In this document: in pieces, positions 42,898 to 53,272 of the stretch
Numbering within the stretch: position 1 is the first letter of the stretch
How the letters are laid out: each line of letters opens with the position of its first letter
Assembly (NCBI GenBank): GCA_016182425.1
Contig: JACPGP010000016.1
Location: forward strand, 9,353 to 73,352
Direction of reading: 5' to 3'
Source of the DNA: Candidatus Levyibacteriota bacterium
GTDB lineage: Bacteria > Patescibacteriota > Microgenomatia > Levybacterales > UBA12049
DNA: 64,000 nt
Program-made: the position numbers and the translations under genes
The notes under the pieces: generated by a model
Seen by the model: the letters and a program-made list of their open reading frames with translations, nothing else
Told to the model about the DNA's origin: nothing
The model's database searches: none

Positions 42898-43809
42898 ATG
42901 GAATTTGCCTCAATTATTTTAACCATACTTGGTTTAGCGTTGTTTGAAACAGTAAGTTCTGTTGATAATGCCATCATTAACGCAGAGGTGCTTTCTACCA
43001 TGCAGCAAAAAGCGCGAAAATGGTTTTTGCTCTGGGGAATCTTGTTTGCGGTATTTATTATGCGTGGTCTTTTACCAACTGTTATTATTTGGGCGACAAA
43101 CCCGTCCTTGGGACCAATTGAGGCGATCACAGCCACATTTAGCAATGATCCCAAGGTTATCGAGTCAATTGAAGCATCTTCTCCCATACTTTTAATGGGA
43201 GGCGGTGTTTTTTTGCTCTTTCTCTTTTTCCACTGGCTTTTTGTCGAGCCAAAACACTATGGTTTAAAAGGGGAGCGGTTTTTCTACTCCCAAGCTCCGT
43301 GGTTTTACGCAGTCGTTTCGGTGCTGCTAACAATTATTGTGTGGTTTGCTCTCCAAGAAAACCCGCTCGTGGCATTTGGCGCGGTTGTTGGTTCTACAGC
43401 CTTTTTTATCACCCATGGATTTAAACAGAACGCCGAGGCAGAAGAAAAACGACTGATGGAAAAAGGAAGATCAGACATAAGTAAAATTTTGTATCTGGAA
43501 GTTATTGATGCCACGTTTTCTATAGATGGTGTTTTGGGAGCTTTTGCCTTTACGCTTTCTGTGCCACTCATTCTTCTTGGTAATGGCTTAGGATCTATAG
43601 TATTGCGTCAGTTAACTATTGGTAATATAGAGCGGATTAAAAAATATATCTATTTAAAAAATGGCGCCATGTATTCAATTTTGTTTTTAGGAACAATTAT
43701 GGTGCTCGATGCTTTTGGATTTCACATTCCACCTTACGCCTCACCTGTTGCCACATTTGGCGCGGTTGGATACTTCTTTTATCGCTCAACAAAAGAGAAG
43801 AAAGAATAA
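42898..43809 (+). CDS. TerC/DUF475 family integral membrane protein
   Basis: ETVSSVDNAIINAEVL and a second half with VIDATFSIDGVLGAFAF. The protein is multi-TM. Confidence 0.65.
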   Translation: MEFASIILTILGLALFETVSSVDNAIINAEVLSTMQQKARKWFLLWGILFAVFIMRGLLPTVIIWATNPSLGPIEAITATFSNDPKVIESIEASSPILLMGGGVFLLFLFFHWLFVEPKHYGLKGERFFYSQAPWFYAVVSVLLTIIVWFALQENPLVAFGAVVGSTAFFITHGFKQNAEAEEKRLMEKGRSDISKILYLEVIDATFSIDGVLGAFAFTLSVPLILLGNGLGSIVLRQLTIGNIERIKKYIYLKNGAMYSILFLGTIMVLDAFGFHIPPYASPVATFGAVGYFFYRSTKEKKE

Positions 43810-43811
43810 GC

Positions 43812-44453
43812 TTACTTTTTTAAAATTTGCGCAATAAGTGAAACAAATACCACGCGAAGTTGCGCTCGTTGCTCCTTGGTTTTTACTGCCTGATAAATAC
43901 CAGGGGCGATAGATATAAGAATAATAGCAGCAATAATTGGAAGAAGATACCGATCAACATCTGGGATGGTTTTCCCTAAGTAAAATCCTGCCAAGGGTAA
44001 TCCCACTGCCCAGAGAAACGCACCAACAATATTGTAGGAGAGAAATTTTACATAAGGCATATCGCCCATACCGGCAACGATTGGCGCAAAAGTACGAATA
44101 AGTGGCATGAATCGTGCCAGAATAATTGTTTTACCTCCGTGTTTGTCATAAAAGTTTTTTGCCCGGATAAGATGATCTTTATGGAAGAAAAATGAATCCG
44201 AACGTCGAAAAAGTCGTTTTCCCACCCGGTGTCCAAACGCATACCCCGTACTGTCTCCTAGAACAGCAGCAAGAAAAAGAAGAGCACAGACAGCTCTTAT
44301 ATCTAAATATCCTTGTGAGGCTATAAAGCCTGTGGTAAAAAGAAGACTGTCGCCTGGAAGAAAAAATCCAACCAAAAGCCCTGTCTCTGCAAAGACAATG
44401 GAAAAAATACCAACGTAACCAACGGTTTTAATGAACACCTCTAAATCAGGCAC
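43812..44453 (-). CDS. DedA family membrane protein
   Basis: VFAETGLLVGFFLPGDSLLFTTGFIASQG...ARFMPLIRTFAPIVAG. Confidence 0.9.
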   Translation of the reverse strand: MPDLEVFIKTVGYVGIFSIVFAETGLLVGFFLPGDSLLFTTGFIASQGYLDIRAVCALLFLAAVLGDSTGYAFGHRVGKRLFRRSDSFFFHKDHLIRAKNFYDKHGGKTIILARFMPLIRTFAPIVAGMGDMPYVKFLSYNIVGAFLWAVGLPLAGFYLGKTIPDVDRYLLPIIAAIILISIAPGIYQAVKTKEQRAQLRVVFVSLIAQILKK

Positions 44454-45561
44454 TTTTCCTCCTTAGGGCTTCGATGCCGGGAAGGGTGCCTTTTTCGATC
44501 AGCTCCAGCATGGCGCCGCCGCCTGTTGAAACATGGGTGATTTTGTCAAGGTCTTTGTTTCCAGAAACAGATGCAAGCGTATCTCCACCACCAACAAGAG
44601 AAAACGCACGCTTATTATTTACAACTGCCCTAAAAATTGCATTGGTGCCTTTGGCAAATCGTTTATCTTCAACAAGCCCCACAGGCCCATTCCAGACAAT
44701 TGTTTTTGCTTTACTGATTACATCAGTAAATGCTTTTGCTGTTCTCGGGCCAATATCAAGAATTTTGTTTTCAAGACCAGCTGTGTCTATGGGTAAGAGA
44801 AGAGAAACATTTTTTTTCTTGGCAAGATTTAATATTTTTTGGGTTATTTCTGGTTCTTGGTTTTGAAGAAATGCATTGGCAATGCCTCCTCCTAAAAGAA
44901 GATAATCAACAACATCAAGAAGCTTGGAAAGCAGAATAATTTTGGTGGAGATTTTTGCTCCTCCAATTATTGCCACTACCGGTTTTTGGGGTTTTTGCAT
45001 AAGTTTTTGAATTGCTCGTATTTCTTTTTCCAAAAGTAATCCAGCGTAAGAGGGGAGAAGTCTGGTAATACCAACAACAGATGCAGCATCTCTGTGTGAA
45101 ACCCCAAATGCATCATTAACATATACAGTTCCTAACTGGCTAAGTTTTTGGGCAAAAATATCGTCGTTTATTTTCTCGCCTGGATAGAACCGAATATTTT
45201 CCAGAAGAACAATATCGTTTGCGGTTTGTTTTTGAAGAGTTAGCTTTTCTTTTCCCGAAAGAAAATCCTCAATAAGTATGATATGTTTTTTAGACAAGAG
45301 TTTTTGCAGATACAAAACCACAGGTTTAAGGGAGAACTTATGCTCGCGTCCATTTGGACGGCCAAGATGAGAAACGAGGATGACTTTGTTTTTTTGTTTG
45401 AGTAGTAATTCTATAGTTGGGAGAGATTTAATAATGCGAATACCATCAGCGACTGTTTGTTTTTCGGTTAGGGGCACATTAAAGTCAACACGCAAAAGCA
45501 CACGTTTTCCTTCAATTTTATTTTGACTAAGCAGTCTTATACCCCTGAGAAGATTATTCAT
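44446..45561 (-). CDS. pgk: Phosphoglycerate kinase
   Basis: KRVLLRVDFNVPL...SHLGRP...GGGDT...STGGGAMLE. Confidence 0.95.
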   Translation of the reverse strand: MNNLLRGIRLLSQNKIEGKRVLLRVDFNVPLTEKQTVADGIRIIKSLPTIELLLKQKNKVILVSHLGRPNGREHKFSLKPVVLYLQKLLSKKHIILIEDFLSGKEKLTLQKQTANDIVLLENIRFYPGEKINDDIFAQKLSQLGTVYVNDAFGVSHRDAASVVGITRLLPSYAGLLLEKEIRAIQKLMQKPQKPVVAIIGGAKISTKIILLSKLLDVVDYLLLGGGIANAFLQNQEPEITQKILNLAKKKNVSLLLPIDTAGLENKILDIGPRTAKAFTDVISKAKTIVWNGPVGLVEDKRFAKGTNAIFRAVVNNKRAFSLVGGGDTLASVSGNKDLDKITHVSTGGGAMLELIEKGTLPGIEALRRKSA

Positions 45562-46510
45562 GTATTATCTTGAGGAATTCTTTCACATTTTCCTTACTAC
45601 CTATAGCAATCGGAACTCGTTGGCTTATGCTCGTTGGCTCAATAGAGAGGGGATTTTTCCCGTTTGATACTGCCATGCCGCCTGCTTTTTCCACAATAAA
45701 ACTCATTGGATTTACCTCAAGTAAGAGACGCAGTTTCCCCTCTTTGTTTTTGGCATCAGCAGGGTAGAGAAAAATACCCCCCCTAAGAAGCGTTCTGTGT
45801 ATATCCGCCACCATAGCGCCTATATAGCGCGCTTTATAAGTTTTAGAGGTTTTTAAGTGGGTAAGGTAGCGTTTTATTGGCTCGTCGTACAGTTCGTAAT
45901 TACCCTCGTTTAGAGAATAGATGTTTCCCTTTTCTGGCATTTTTAGGTTAGGGGAGGAGAGAAGAAAGCTGCCAATGGCCGGATCGAGAGTGAATCCATT
46001 TATTGAATATTTAGAAGCATAGATAAATACAGTGCTTGGGCCGTAGAGGATGTAGCCGGCGGCAACTTGGTTTTCTCCCTTTTGCAAAATATTAGAGTTT
46101 CTGTGGTAGATAGAAAAAATTGTGCCGATAGGGCTATTACTGTCTATATTTGAGGAACCATCGAGCGGGTCAAAAAAAACGATGTAATTACCAGCATTAC
46201 TTTTTGGTGTGTAGATAATATCAGGAAGCTCTTCGGAGGCAATGGCAAAGACCTGCCCGCTTTCCAAAAGTATCTTGACAAGTAAGTCATTGCTGTATTC
46301 ATCCAGCTTCTGCACCTCCTCGTCGTAAGCATTTTTATTGCCAGTTTTCCCCAAGATATCCACAAGGCCACTGCAACGAACATGACTGGCGATAATTTTA
46401 GCAGCATCCTGAATTTGCATCATGAGTATTGTAAAGCTGCCAGAAGCAGTTTTGGCTTTTCGTTCTTCTTCAAGAATAATGTCGCTTAAGGTTTTTATGT
46501 GATTAAACAT
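45554..46510 (-). CDS. fbp: Fructose-1,6-bisphosphatase class 1
   Basis: FDPLDGSSNID...ARYIGAMVADIHRTLLRGGIFLYP. Confidence 0.9.
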   Translation of the reverse strand: MFNHIKTLSDIILEEERKAKTASGSFTILMMQIQDAAKIIASHVRCSGLVDILGKTGNKNAYDEEVQKLDEYSNDLLVKILLESGQVFAIASEELPDIIYTPKSNAGNYIVFFDPLDGSSNIDSNSPIGTIFSIYHRNSNILQKGENQVAAGYILYGPSTVFIYASKYSINGFTLDPAIGSFLLSSPNLKMPEKGNIYSLNEGNYELYDEPIKRYLTHLKTSKTYKARYIGAMVADIHRTLLRGGIFLYPADAKNKEGKLRLLLEVNPMSFIVEKAGGMAVSNGKNPLSIEPTSISQRVPIAIGSKENVKEFLKIIHE

Positions 46511-46513
46511 AAT

Positions 46514-47506
46514 CTAAAGTTTACCCTGCCTTGCAAGAGAGACCTTTTTACACCTTGCTAAAAATGAACCTTGGGCAAGTTTTATATTTTCATCTTTTCC
46601 AGCCCATGAAATTATGGCTTCATCTTGCAGTGCCCTGCCATAGGAATAACTTAATTGCCACCGTCTACCAGGAATTAAGTTTATCTCATACAAATTTTCT
46701 GTTGCCTGATTGGGTGTTTGTCCGCCGGAAAGAAATACTATTCCCGGCACTTCTTTTGGTACTACTTCCAAAAATGTTTCAACTGTGGCTTTAGCAATTT
46801 CTTTTGCAGAAGCTTTTGTAGTAGACAATTTAGCAGAAATTATCATGTTTGGCTTTAAAATAACTCCTTCCAAAACTACTTTATGGGCTCTCAACTTTTC
46901 AAAAGTCTTTTTTAAAGTTTTAGTGGAAACCTCCTTACATTTTTCTAAATCAAAGTCTCCATCCATCAATACTTCTGGCTCAACTATGGGAACAATGCTT
47001 TGCTCCTGACAGAAAGCTGCATATATTGCTAAATTTTGGGCATTTGCTTCAATACAAGTATCTGTTGGTATGCCTTCACCAATTGTAATAACTGCTCTCC
47101 ATTTGGCAAACTTTGCCCCAAAAGCTTTATACTCTTCTAGACGGCTCCTTAAGGAATCCAAACCTTCTGTGATTTTTTCCCCTGTGAAGTTAGGTAGATC
47201 AACAACGCCACGATCGACCTTTATTCCCGCTATTACACCTTTTCTTTGCAAATATTGCGGCACAGGAGTGCCATCAATACTTTGTCTTATGGTTTCATCA
47301 TACAAAATCACGCCTGAAATATATTTCTCAAATTGAGGAGTTGAAAAAAGCATCTTTCTATAAGAAATATTTGTCTCGGGAGTTGATTTAAGGCCAATTT
47401 TGTCAAACCTTTTCTGAATGGTTTTAGAAGATTCATCTGCGGCCAAGATACCTTTGCCTTTTGCAACCATAGCTTGAGCTGTCGATTTAAGAATTGTTAT
47501 GTCCAT
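46514..47506 (-). CDS. fba: Fructose-bisphosphate aldolase, class I
   Basis: GILAADESSKTIQKRF...ILKPNM...FLSGGQ. Confidence 0.9.
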   Translation of the reverse strand: MDITILKSTAQAMVAKGKGILAADESSKTIQKRFDKIGLKSTPETNISYRKMLFSTPQFEKYISGVILYDETIRQSIDGTPVPQYLQRKGVIAGIKVDRGVVDLPNFTGEKITEGLDSLRSRLEEYKAFGAKFAKWRAVITIGEGIPTDTCIEANAQNLAIYAAFCQEQSIVPIVEPEVLMDGDFDLEKCKEVSTKTLKKTFEKLRAHKVVLEGVILKPNMIISAKLSTTKASAKEIAKATVETFLEVVPKEVPGIVFLSGGQTPNQATENLYEINLIPGRRWQLSYSYGRALQDEAIISWAGKDENIKLAQGSFLARCKKVSLARQGKL

Positions 47507-47519
47507 AATTTAGCAGCAA

Positions 47520-48782
47520 TTATTTTTGCTGTTTTTTCCAAGCTTTCTGTATTCTTTCCAGCGCTACAATATATGCTGCGTCGCGCAAACTCACCTGTCT
47601 TTTAGACTTCGCCATAAATACATCATCAACCGCTTTTTTCATATATGTTTTTAGTTTTTTATTTACCTTGTCTTCTGTCCAATCCTGGTTATGCATATTT
47701 TGATACCACTCAAAATACGATACGCAAACACCACCAGCATTGGCTAAAATATCGGGTATTACTATAACGTTGTTTTTTTTCAATATCACATCAGCTTCAT
47801 TTGTGGTTGGGCCATTGGCCAGCTCTAAGATAATTTTTGCCGATGTTTTTGCCGCGTTTGAGGCAGTAATAACATTTTCCAAAGCAGCGGGGACAAGTAT
47901 GTCAACAGGAAGAGTTAGAAGCTCTTGGTTTTGGATCCATTTACCATTTTTTATATCACACACAGAGCCAACACAGTAGCAACCGGCAAGCATGCCCTTT
48001 TCCTTTTTACATTCAAGTGTTTTTTCTGGGCTTAATCCTTTTTCAACATATATACCTTCTTTTGAATCTGATACGGCTACAACTTTCATACCAGCTTCTG
48101 CTAAAAAAAGAGCAGTATGATAGCCCACATTACCAAATCCTTGAACAGCAACAGTCATGCCTTTTGGATTTAGCCCAAGCTTTTGTAGTGTATGGAGAAG
48201 TGCGTAGCAACCGCCTCTTCCCGTTGCTTCATTTCTGCCAAGAGATCCACCTTCGTCAACTGGTTTTCCCGTAACCACAGCCGGAGAATTTTTTCCTGCA
48301 ATTTTACTGTATTCATCAACCAGCCAACCCATAATTTTTGCATTTGTATTGACATCCGGAGCAGGAACGTCAGTGGTTGGACCCAAAATAGGGAAGAGTT
48401 TTTGCGTAAACGCTCGGGTTAATGTTTCGAGTTCTCTTTCCGAAAGTATTTTTGGATCAACTGTAATACCGCCTTTTCCGCCACCAAAGGGAACATTAAT
48501 AACAGCACATTTTATTGTCATCCAAAAAGCCAGAGCTTTAACCTCGTCCATGGAGACGTGGGGATGATAGCGAATTCCGCCTTTATATGGCCCAAGGGCG
48601 TTATTGTGCTGAACGCGGTAAGCAGGAAATGTAGTTATTGTGCCATCGTCGCGGCGAATTGGTAAAGAAACAGTAACAATCCTTTCCGGTTCGATAAGCG
48701 ATGCAAGAAGAAGGGGGTCAAGGTTAATTTGCGATGCAACGCTATGGAGTTTTTGCTGGGCGCGCTTCCAAGGATTGTCCAT
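47520..48782 (-). CDS. gdhA: Glutamate dehydrogenase (Glu/Leu/Phe/Val dehydrogenase family)
   Basis: GPYKGGIRYHP...PFGGGKGG...VQGFGNVG. Confidence 0.9.
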   Translation of the reverse strand: MDNPWKRAQQKLHSVASQINLDPLLLASLIEPERIVTVSLPIRRDDGTITTFPAYRVQHNNALGPYKGGIRYHPHVSMDEVKALAFWMTIKCAVINVPFGGGKGGITVDPKILSERELETLTRAFTQKLFPILGPTTDVPAPDVNTNAKIMGWLVDEYSKIAGKNSPAVVTGKPVDEGGSLGRNEATGRGGCYALLHTLQKLGLNPKGMTVAVQGFGNVGYHTALFLAEAGMKVVAVSDSKEGIYVEKGLSPEKTLECKKEKGMLAGCYCVGSVCDIKNGKWIQNQELLTLPVDILVPAALENVITASNAAKTSAKIILELANGPTTNEADVILKKNNVIVIPDILANAGGVCVSYFEWYQNMHNQDWTEDKVNKKLKTYMKKAVDDVFMAKSKRQVSLRDAAYIVALERIQKAWKKQQK

Positions 48783-48833
48783 GAAAGAAATTATATCATA
48801 TTCTTGATATCTTCTGCTACAATAGAGAGTATC

Positions 48834-49805
48834 ATGAGGATACTTGTTACCGGCGGAGCAGGGTATATTGGCAGTTTTGCTACTAAGGCACTTTTGGATA
48901 AGGGTTATAGCGTTGTTGTTTTAGATAGTTTGGAGAGAGGATATAAAGATGCAATTGATAAACGAGCAGAAATTGTTGAGCTAGATATTTTAGATGCACA
49001 ACGTCTTAGTAATGTTTTTGACAAGTATAGTTTTGAAGGAGTCATGCATTTTGCAGGCTATATTTCTATGGAAGAATCAATGCAAGATCCAGGACTGTAT
49101 TTTCATAAAAACACCACTGGTGGGCAAATGTTGATAGAGCAGGCAATAAAACATAACGTAAAATATTTTATTTTCTCCTCCACAGCTGGTGTATATGGTA
49201 ATCCAGTAAAAGTGCCAATCCCAGAAGATCATCCTAAAAATCCCACCAATCCATATGGAGAAAGTAAGCTAATGGTGGAGAGAGTTCTTTCTTGGTATCA
49301 AAAAATTCATGGGATTAGTTTTGCTGCGCTTCGTTATTTTAATGCTGCGGGAGCTTCTCTTGATGGAACCTTAGGCGAAGACCATCAGCCAGAAACTCAT
49401 ATTATTCCGCTGGCCATTAAAGCAGCATTAACAGGAGAAGAATTCATTTTATACGGCAGTGATTATAATACTAAAGATGGTAGTTGTGTTCGTGATTACA
49501 TTCATGTCATAGATTTGGTAGAGGCACATCTTTTAGCCCTTCAGAAACTACAAAGAGAAAAGGGTGACTACTTCTACAACGTGGGAACGGGCAAAGGTTA
49601 CTCCAACAAAGAAGTTATAGCAACGGTACAAAAAATCAGCGGCATTAATTTTGCTATAAAAGAAGCGTCAAGACGAGCAGGTGACGCAGAAACACTTATT
49701 GCCGATCCAACTCATATCCAAAAAGATCTTGGATTTTCCCCAAAGTACTCGGATCTTGAAACAATTGTGAAATCTGCCTGGAAGTGGCATAGAAGGAAGC
49801 AGTAG
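48834..49805 (+). CDS. galE: UDP-glucose 4-epimerase
   Basis: MRILVTGGAGYIGS...YGESK...DGSCVRDYIHV. The track start at 48729 overlaps gdh, so ATG 48834 is used. Confidence 0.9.
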   Translation: MRILVTGGAGYIGSFATKALLDKGYSVVVLDSLERGYKDAIDKRAEIVELDILDAQRLSNVFDKYSFEGVMHFAGYISMEESMQDPGLYFHKNTTGGQMLIEQAIKHNVKYFIFSSTAGVYGNPVKVPIPEDHPKNPTNPYGESKLMVERVLSWYQKIHGISFAALRYFNAAGASLDGTLGEDHQPETHIIPLAIKAALTGEEFILYGSDYNTKDGSCVRDYIHVIDLVEAHLLALQKLQREKGDYFYNVGTGKGYSNKEVIATVQKISGINFAIKEASRRAGDAETLIADPTHIQKDLGFSPKYSDLETIVKSAWKWHRRKQ

Positions 49806-49812
49806 AAGTAGT

Positions 49813-50883
49813 TTAGGAAACAAGCTTCGTGGCCCCAATAATTGGGCTGTTTGGAATCTCCACAAACGTAACTGTATACTCTGGCACAAGTTTTTTCACA
49901 GTTTCCTCAACAATTTGTTTGTAGGAAAGACCTTTCCAAAAAAGACTTCCTTCCATAACAAACGTAATGTCAGTTTGTTTGAATCTAGTAATACCTGCTA
50001 TTTGGCAAGCGATCAGCTGGGCAGATTGCCTAATGGTATTTTGGGCAAGTTTTGAAACTGCAGGTTTGCCGGTTAACATAACTATATCAAGTTCTTTTGT
50101 TTCAGAAAGAGGAGGAAACGATACTTTCTGTTTCTCTATCATGTGATTGAAGTGTTTGTAAAGATATGCTCCTGATGTTTCCTTTTCAAATAGAGACGAT
50201 CCTGGTCTGACTGAGGCTTTGTCTATAAGTTTTCCCTCTTCAGTTTGGGGGAATTTATTAAAATTTCCTGCTTCCAGATTGATGATGTGATTTTCTGTGG
50301 TAAAAAAAGAAAAATTAACGCCTGTTCCCACAATCCCACCGGCCAATTCTCGCCAGGGGTATTTTATGAGCCCTGAAAGCAGTAGGCAAACAGCATCGTT
50401 TGCCAAAGAGACGGTAATGCGTCTTCCTTTCTTGGCAAAATAAGCCTCAATTGTTTGCCCAACCGCTTTACCAATAAGCCCCTTAAAGGCGCTTTCTTTT
50501 GTTCCATTAAGCAGAATCCCATCTAGTCTGTTATGCTTAAAAACTGGAGTAATGGCCTGGGCAAAGTTAAGAGCAAGAGTTGTTACGGAAGGAGCCAGGT
50601 GCGTTTCTACACAGCTAAGGAAATCCTGCAAAGTTTTGAAGGGAGGCTGTTGAAATGTAAGCTGCTTGAGAAGACAGTGTGTGCCCTTTTGTTTTTTTAT
50701 AAGCGCAACTTTTGTTACACCTCCGCCAATACTTAACACTTGAAAGAGTTGTCCATCTTTAACAAGCGCAGTTGTGGGAAGTTGATTGACAATAAAAGAC
50801 AAACTTGATTTTTTCCCACTCTTCGCAGTCTCTAATTCTTTGACAAAATTTCTCTGTATTACCTTAAGCACAGGAAGATCCAT
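49813..50883 (-). CDS. Hexokinase-family sugar kinase
   Basis: LSIGGGVTKVAL, SLANDAVCLL, GGIVGTGVNFSF and VMEGSLF parallel the hexokinase phosphate-1, connect, phosphate-2 and adenosine motifs. Confidence 0.6.
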   Translation of the reverse strand: MDLPVLKVIQRNFVKELETAKSGKKSSLSFIVNQLPTTALVKDGQLFQVLSIGGGVTKVALIKKQKGTHCLLKQLTFQQPPFKTLQDFLSCVETHLAPSVTTLALNFAQAITPVFKHNRLDGILLNGTKESAFKGLIGKAVGQTIEAYFAKKGRRITVSLANDAVCLLLSGLIKYPWRELAGGIVGTGVNFSFFTTENHIINLEAGNFNKFPQTEEGKLIDKASVRPGSSLFEKETSGAYLYKHFNHMIEKQKVSFPPLSETKELDIVMLTGKPAVSKLAQNTIRQSAQLIACQIAGITRFKQTDITFVMEGSLFWKGLSYKQIVEETVKKLVPEYTVTFVEIPNSPIIGATKLVS

Positions 50884-50943
50884 AGAAAATATTATATCTT
50901 ATTTAGACTTATAAAAATAGATTTGATATACTAGTATTCCTTT

Positions 50944-51822
50944 ATGTCAAGAGAGTTTTTCAATTCTAAAACACATGCATTTTTGCGAGAGGAAAGTTTA
51001 AGAAGCGAGTATTCTTATGAGGCACGGCAAGCCCTTGAGGGTTTTTATAACAGTCTTTTTAGAGAAGCACCGCCTCTTCTTCGAGAATGGCACTCACAAC
51101 ATCATGGTATTGTTATGCCTTTTGGTTCTGTTTTGTTTGGAACAGCAATAAAGGGCATTTCAGATATAGATGAGTTTGGTATTTATGATGGGGAATTATC
51201 AATAGGTGAAAGAAATGCTGTTGGAAACGCTCTCTTGGGTAATGTTTTGTTAGGAGAAGAAACGATAAATCAGTCAAAAAAGCTAGATGAAGTCCTTTTG
51301 GCAATTCGCAGTGTGTATGATAGTCCTCCTATTACCGTAGGCCTGCTCTCGCAAGAACAGATTATAGCTGCGATAAGAGACCCTCTTTACGCAGATCCTT
51401 ATTTTAATTCTTTACCAAGCGATGAAGATAAACTGCAGACAATAGCCATCGTTACACTTTTTGTTATTCCAGATCATCTAGTATTGCCTAACAATGTAGA
51501 TCTTGCGCCAGTAACGCTACAAAATCTACGGCATCATAGACTACAGGTTGCTCGAGCGTTAATACGCGCAACTGAGAATAATCCACGATACTATGATATG
51601 CAGACAGCTCTTAACAAGGCGTACCTAAATTCTTTTAATCGATCTTTAAGAAAACATCCAGAGGAGTGGAGACAGCTTGCGCAGCAAATATTTGCTTTTA
51701 GAAATAAACAGAGAGCAAGCAAAAATCCAAAACGAGCTGCTGATTTATTAGTTAGATTGAGAAGAGAGCCAAAAAATTTTCCTTCGCCAGCGCAAATAAT
51801 TGGATGGCTAAGTGAAATATAA
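50944..51822 (+). CDS. Stand-alone Pol-beta-superfamily nucleotidyltransferase with a long helical C-terminal region
   Basis: PFGSVLFGTAIKGISDIDEFGIY is the G[GS]x9-13DxD NTase signature. Confidence 0.5.
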   Translation: MSREFFNSKTHAFLREESLRSEYSYEARQALEGFYNSLFREAPPLLREWHSQHHGIVMPFGSVLFGTAIKGISDIDEFGIYDGELSIGERNAVGNALLGNVLLGEETINQSKKLDEVLLAIRSVYDSPPITVGLLSQEQIIAAIRDPLYADPYFNSLPSDEDKLQTIAIVTLFVIPDHLVLPNNVDLAPVTLQNLRHHRLQVARALIRATENNPRYYDMQTALNKAYLNSFNRSLRKHPEEWRQLAQQIFAFRNKQRASKNPKRAADLLVRLRREPKNFPSPAQIIGWLSEI

Positions 51823-51838
51823 TATCTTTCCCAAAGAT

Positions 51839-53227
51839 CTAAAGAAGCATTTTTCTTTCGATAATATCTTTGTACCAATAATAGCTTTTTTTAGGAGTTC
51901 GTTTTAAGGTTTCTCGGTCAATGTGAATAAGGCCAAAATTTGATCCGGGCTTATGTCCTAGATCCCATTCATAATTATCCATTAATGTCCATAAAAAATA
52001 CGCTTTTACAGGTATGCCAGCCAAAATTGCTTTTTGCACTTGGCGTAAATGTTTGTGAACATAGTAAATTCTAAATTCATCGTCTACTTTTCCTTTTTTA
52101 TCAACCTTATCATCCCAACATGTGCCATTTTCTGTTATGTAGATTTGCTTCATGCCAAAGTTTTCATACTTGTGATAGAGTTCGCAAAGAAGGTCATAGA
52201 AGGCTTCAGGATAGGTAGGAGGAATGCTTACAGGCCAACCGAGACCATTCGTTACACCTTGAGGATATCGTACCTCAGAAAATTTAATGTCCTTTTCTCC
52301 ATCATAACGAACAATTCTGCCTCGGTAAAAATTAATCCCAAAGGCATGAAGGTTTGAACCAACCTTAATTATTTCCATATCGTTTTTTTCTATTTTTGGC
52401 ATTTTATTTCCAAAGAGTTCTGCCATGTACTCTGGATATCTCCCAAGATATAAAGGGTCAGTAAACATACCTGTTTGATAGCCAAATTGGTATTGAGCAG
52501 CTTTTATATCTTCTGGAGAGCTACTTGCAGCATAGCTTATGGTGGTATTAAATGCTGTACTTAACTTTATATTTTTATCTTCATTTTTTAGAGCTCGAAA
52601 AACCATCCCCTGCGCTAAAAGGATATGATGTACTGCGGCTAGCGCTCCTTTTAAATCTTTTTCACCCGGCGCATGAACGCCCAGGTGATAACTTTCAAAA
52701 GTTGCTTGATACGGTTCGTTAAGAATAAAGTATTCATCAATAAATTCACCTAAGTATTTATGAACAATTTTTGCATGCTCAACAAGATACAATGTTGTTT
52801 CTCTATTTTTCCAACCTCCTTTTTTTGAAAGATATTGGGGCAACTCCCAGTGATAGAGCGTTGCGTATATTTTTATCCCGTTTTTTTGTAATTCCGCGAA
52901 GTATTTTTTGTACCATTCAAGCGCTTTTTTATTAGGCGTTTTATCTTGCGTCATGATTCTTGCCATAGAAATAGAAGTTCTATAGTCTTTTATTCCAAGC
53001 TCTTTCATTAAGATTATGTCTTCTTTCCATCTATGGTACCGATCAATGCCTTCAAGTGGGGTTTGATTTTGATAAACTCTAGGAGATGATTTTGCAAAAT
53101 GCGTCCACATGGTTGGTTCTGAATTTTCATTCTTCAATGTATATTGTTCTCCGATGACCTGCAGGTCTGCATCGGCAACGCCAAATTTGAAATTAGAAGG
53201 AAAATTAAAGTATTGAAGTTGATACAT
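51839..53227 (-). CDS. GH1 beta-glucosidase
   Basis: FKFGVADADLQVIGE...ILNEP...YITENG: both catalytic Glu contexts are present. Confidence 0.9.
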   Translation of the reverse strand: MYQLQYFNFPSNFKFGVADADLQVIGEQYTLKNENSEPTMWTHFAKSSPRVYQNQTPLEGIDRYHRWKEDIILMKELGIKDYRTSISMARIMTQDKTPNKKALEWYKKYFAELQKNGIKIYATLYHWELPQYLSKKGGWKNRETTLYLVEHAKIVHKYLGEFIDEYFILNEPYQATFESYHLGVHAPGEKDLKGALAAVHHILLAQGMVFRALKNEDKNIKLSTAFNTTISYAASSSPEDIKAAQYQFGYQTGMFTDPLYLGRYPEYMAELFGNKMPKIEKNDMEIIKVGSNLHAFGINFYRGRIVRYDGEKDIKFSEVRYPQGVTNGLGWPVSIPPTYPEAFYDLLCELYHKYENFGMKQIYITENGTCWDDKVDKKGKVDDEFRIYYVHKHLRQVQKAILAGIPVKAYFLWTLMDNYEWDLGHKPGSNFGLIHIDRETLKRTPKKSYYWYKDIIERKMLL

Positions 53228-53272
53228 AGGGTAGACTCTATTATAGCAAAGTCATTAGGGGCAGGATTGACT

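Noticed and set aside
50944-51822. Interpreting the stand-alone NTase as a CBASS-type cyclase
   Set aside because: No effector, Cap2/Cap3-like or other defence gene is adjacent. The G[GS]…DxD motif alone does not distinguish CD-NTases from other Pol-beta NTases.
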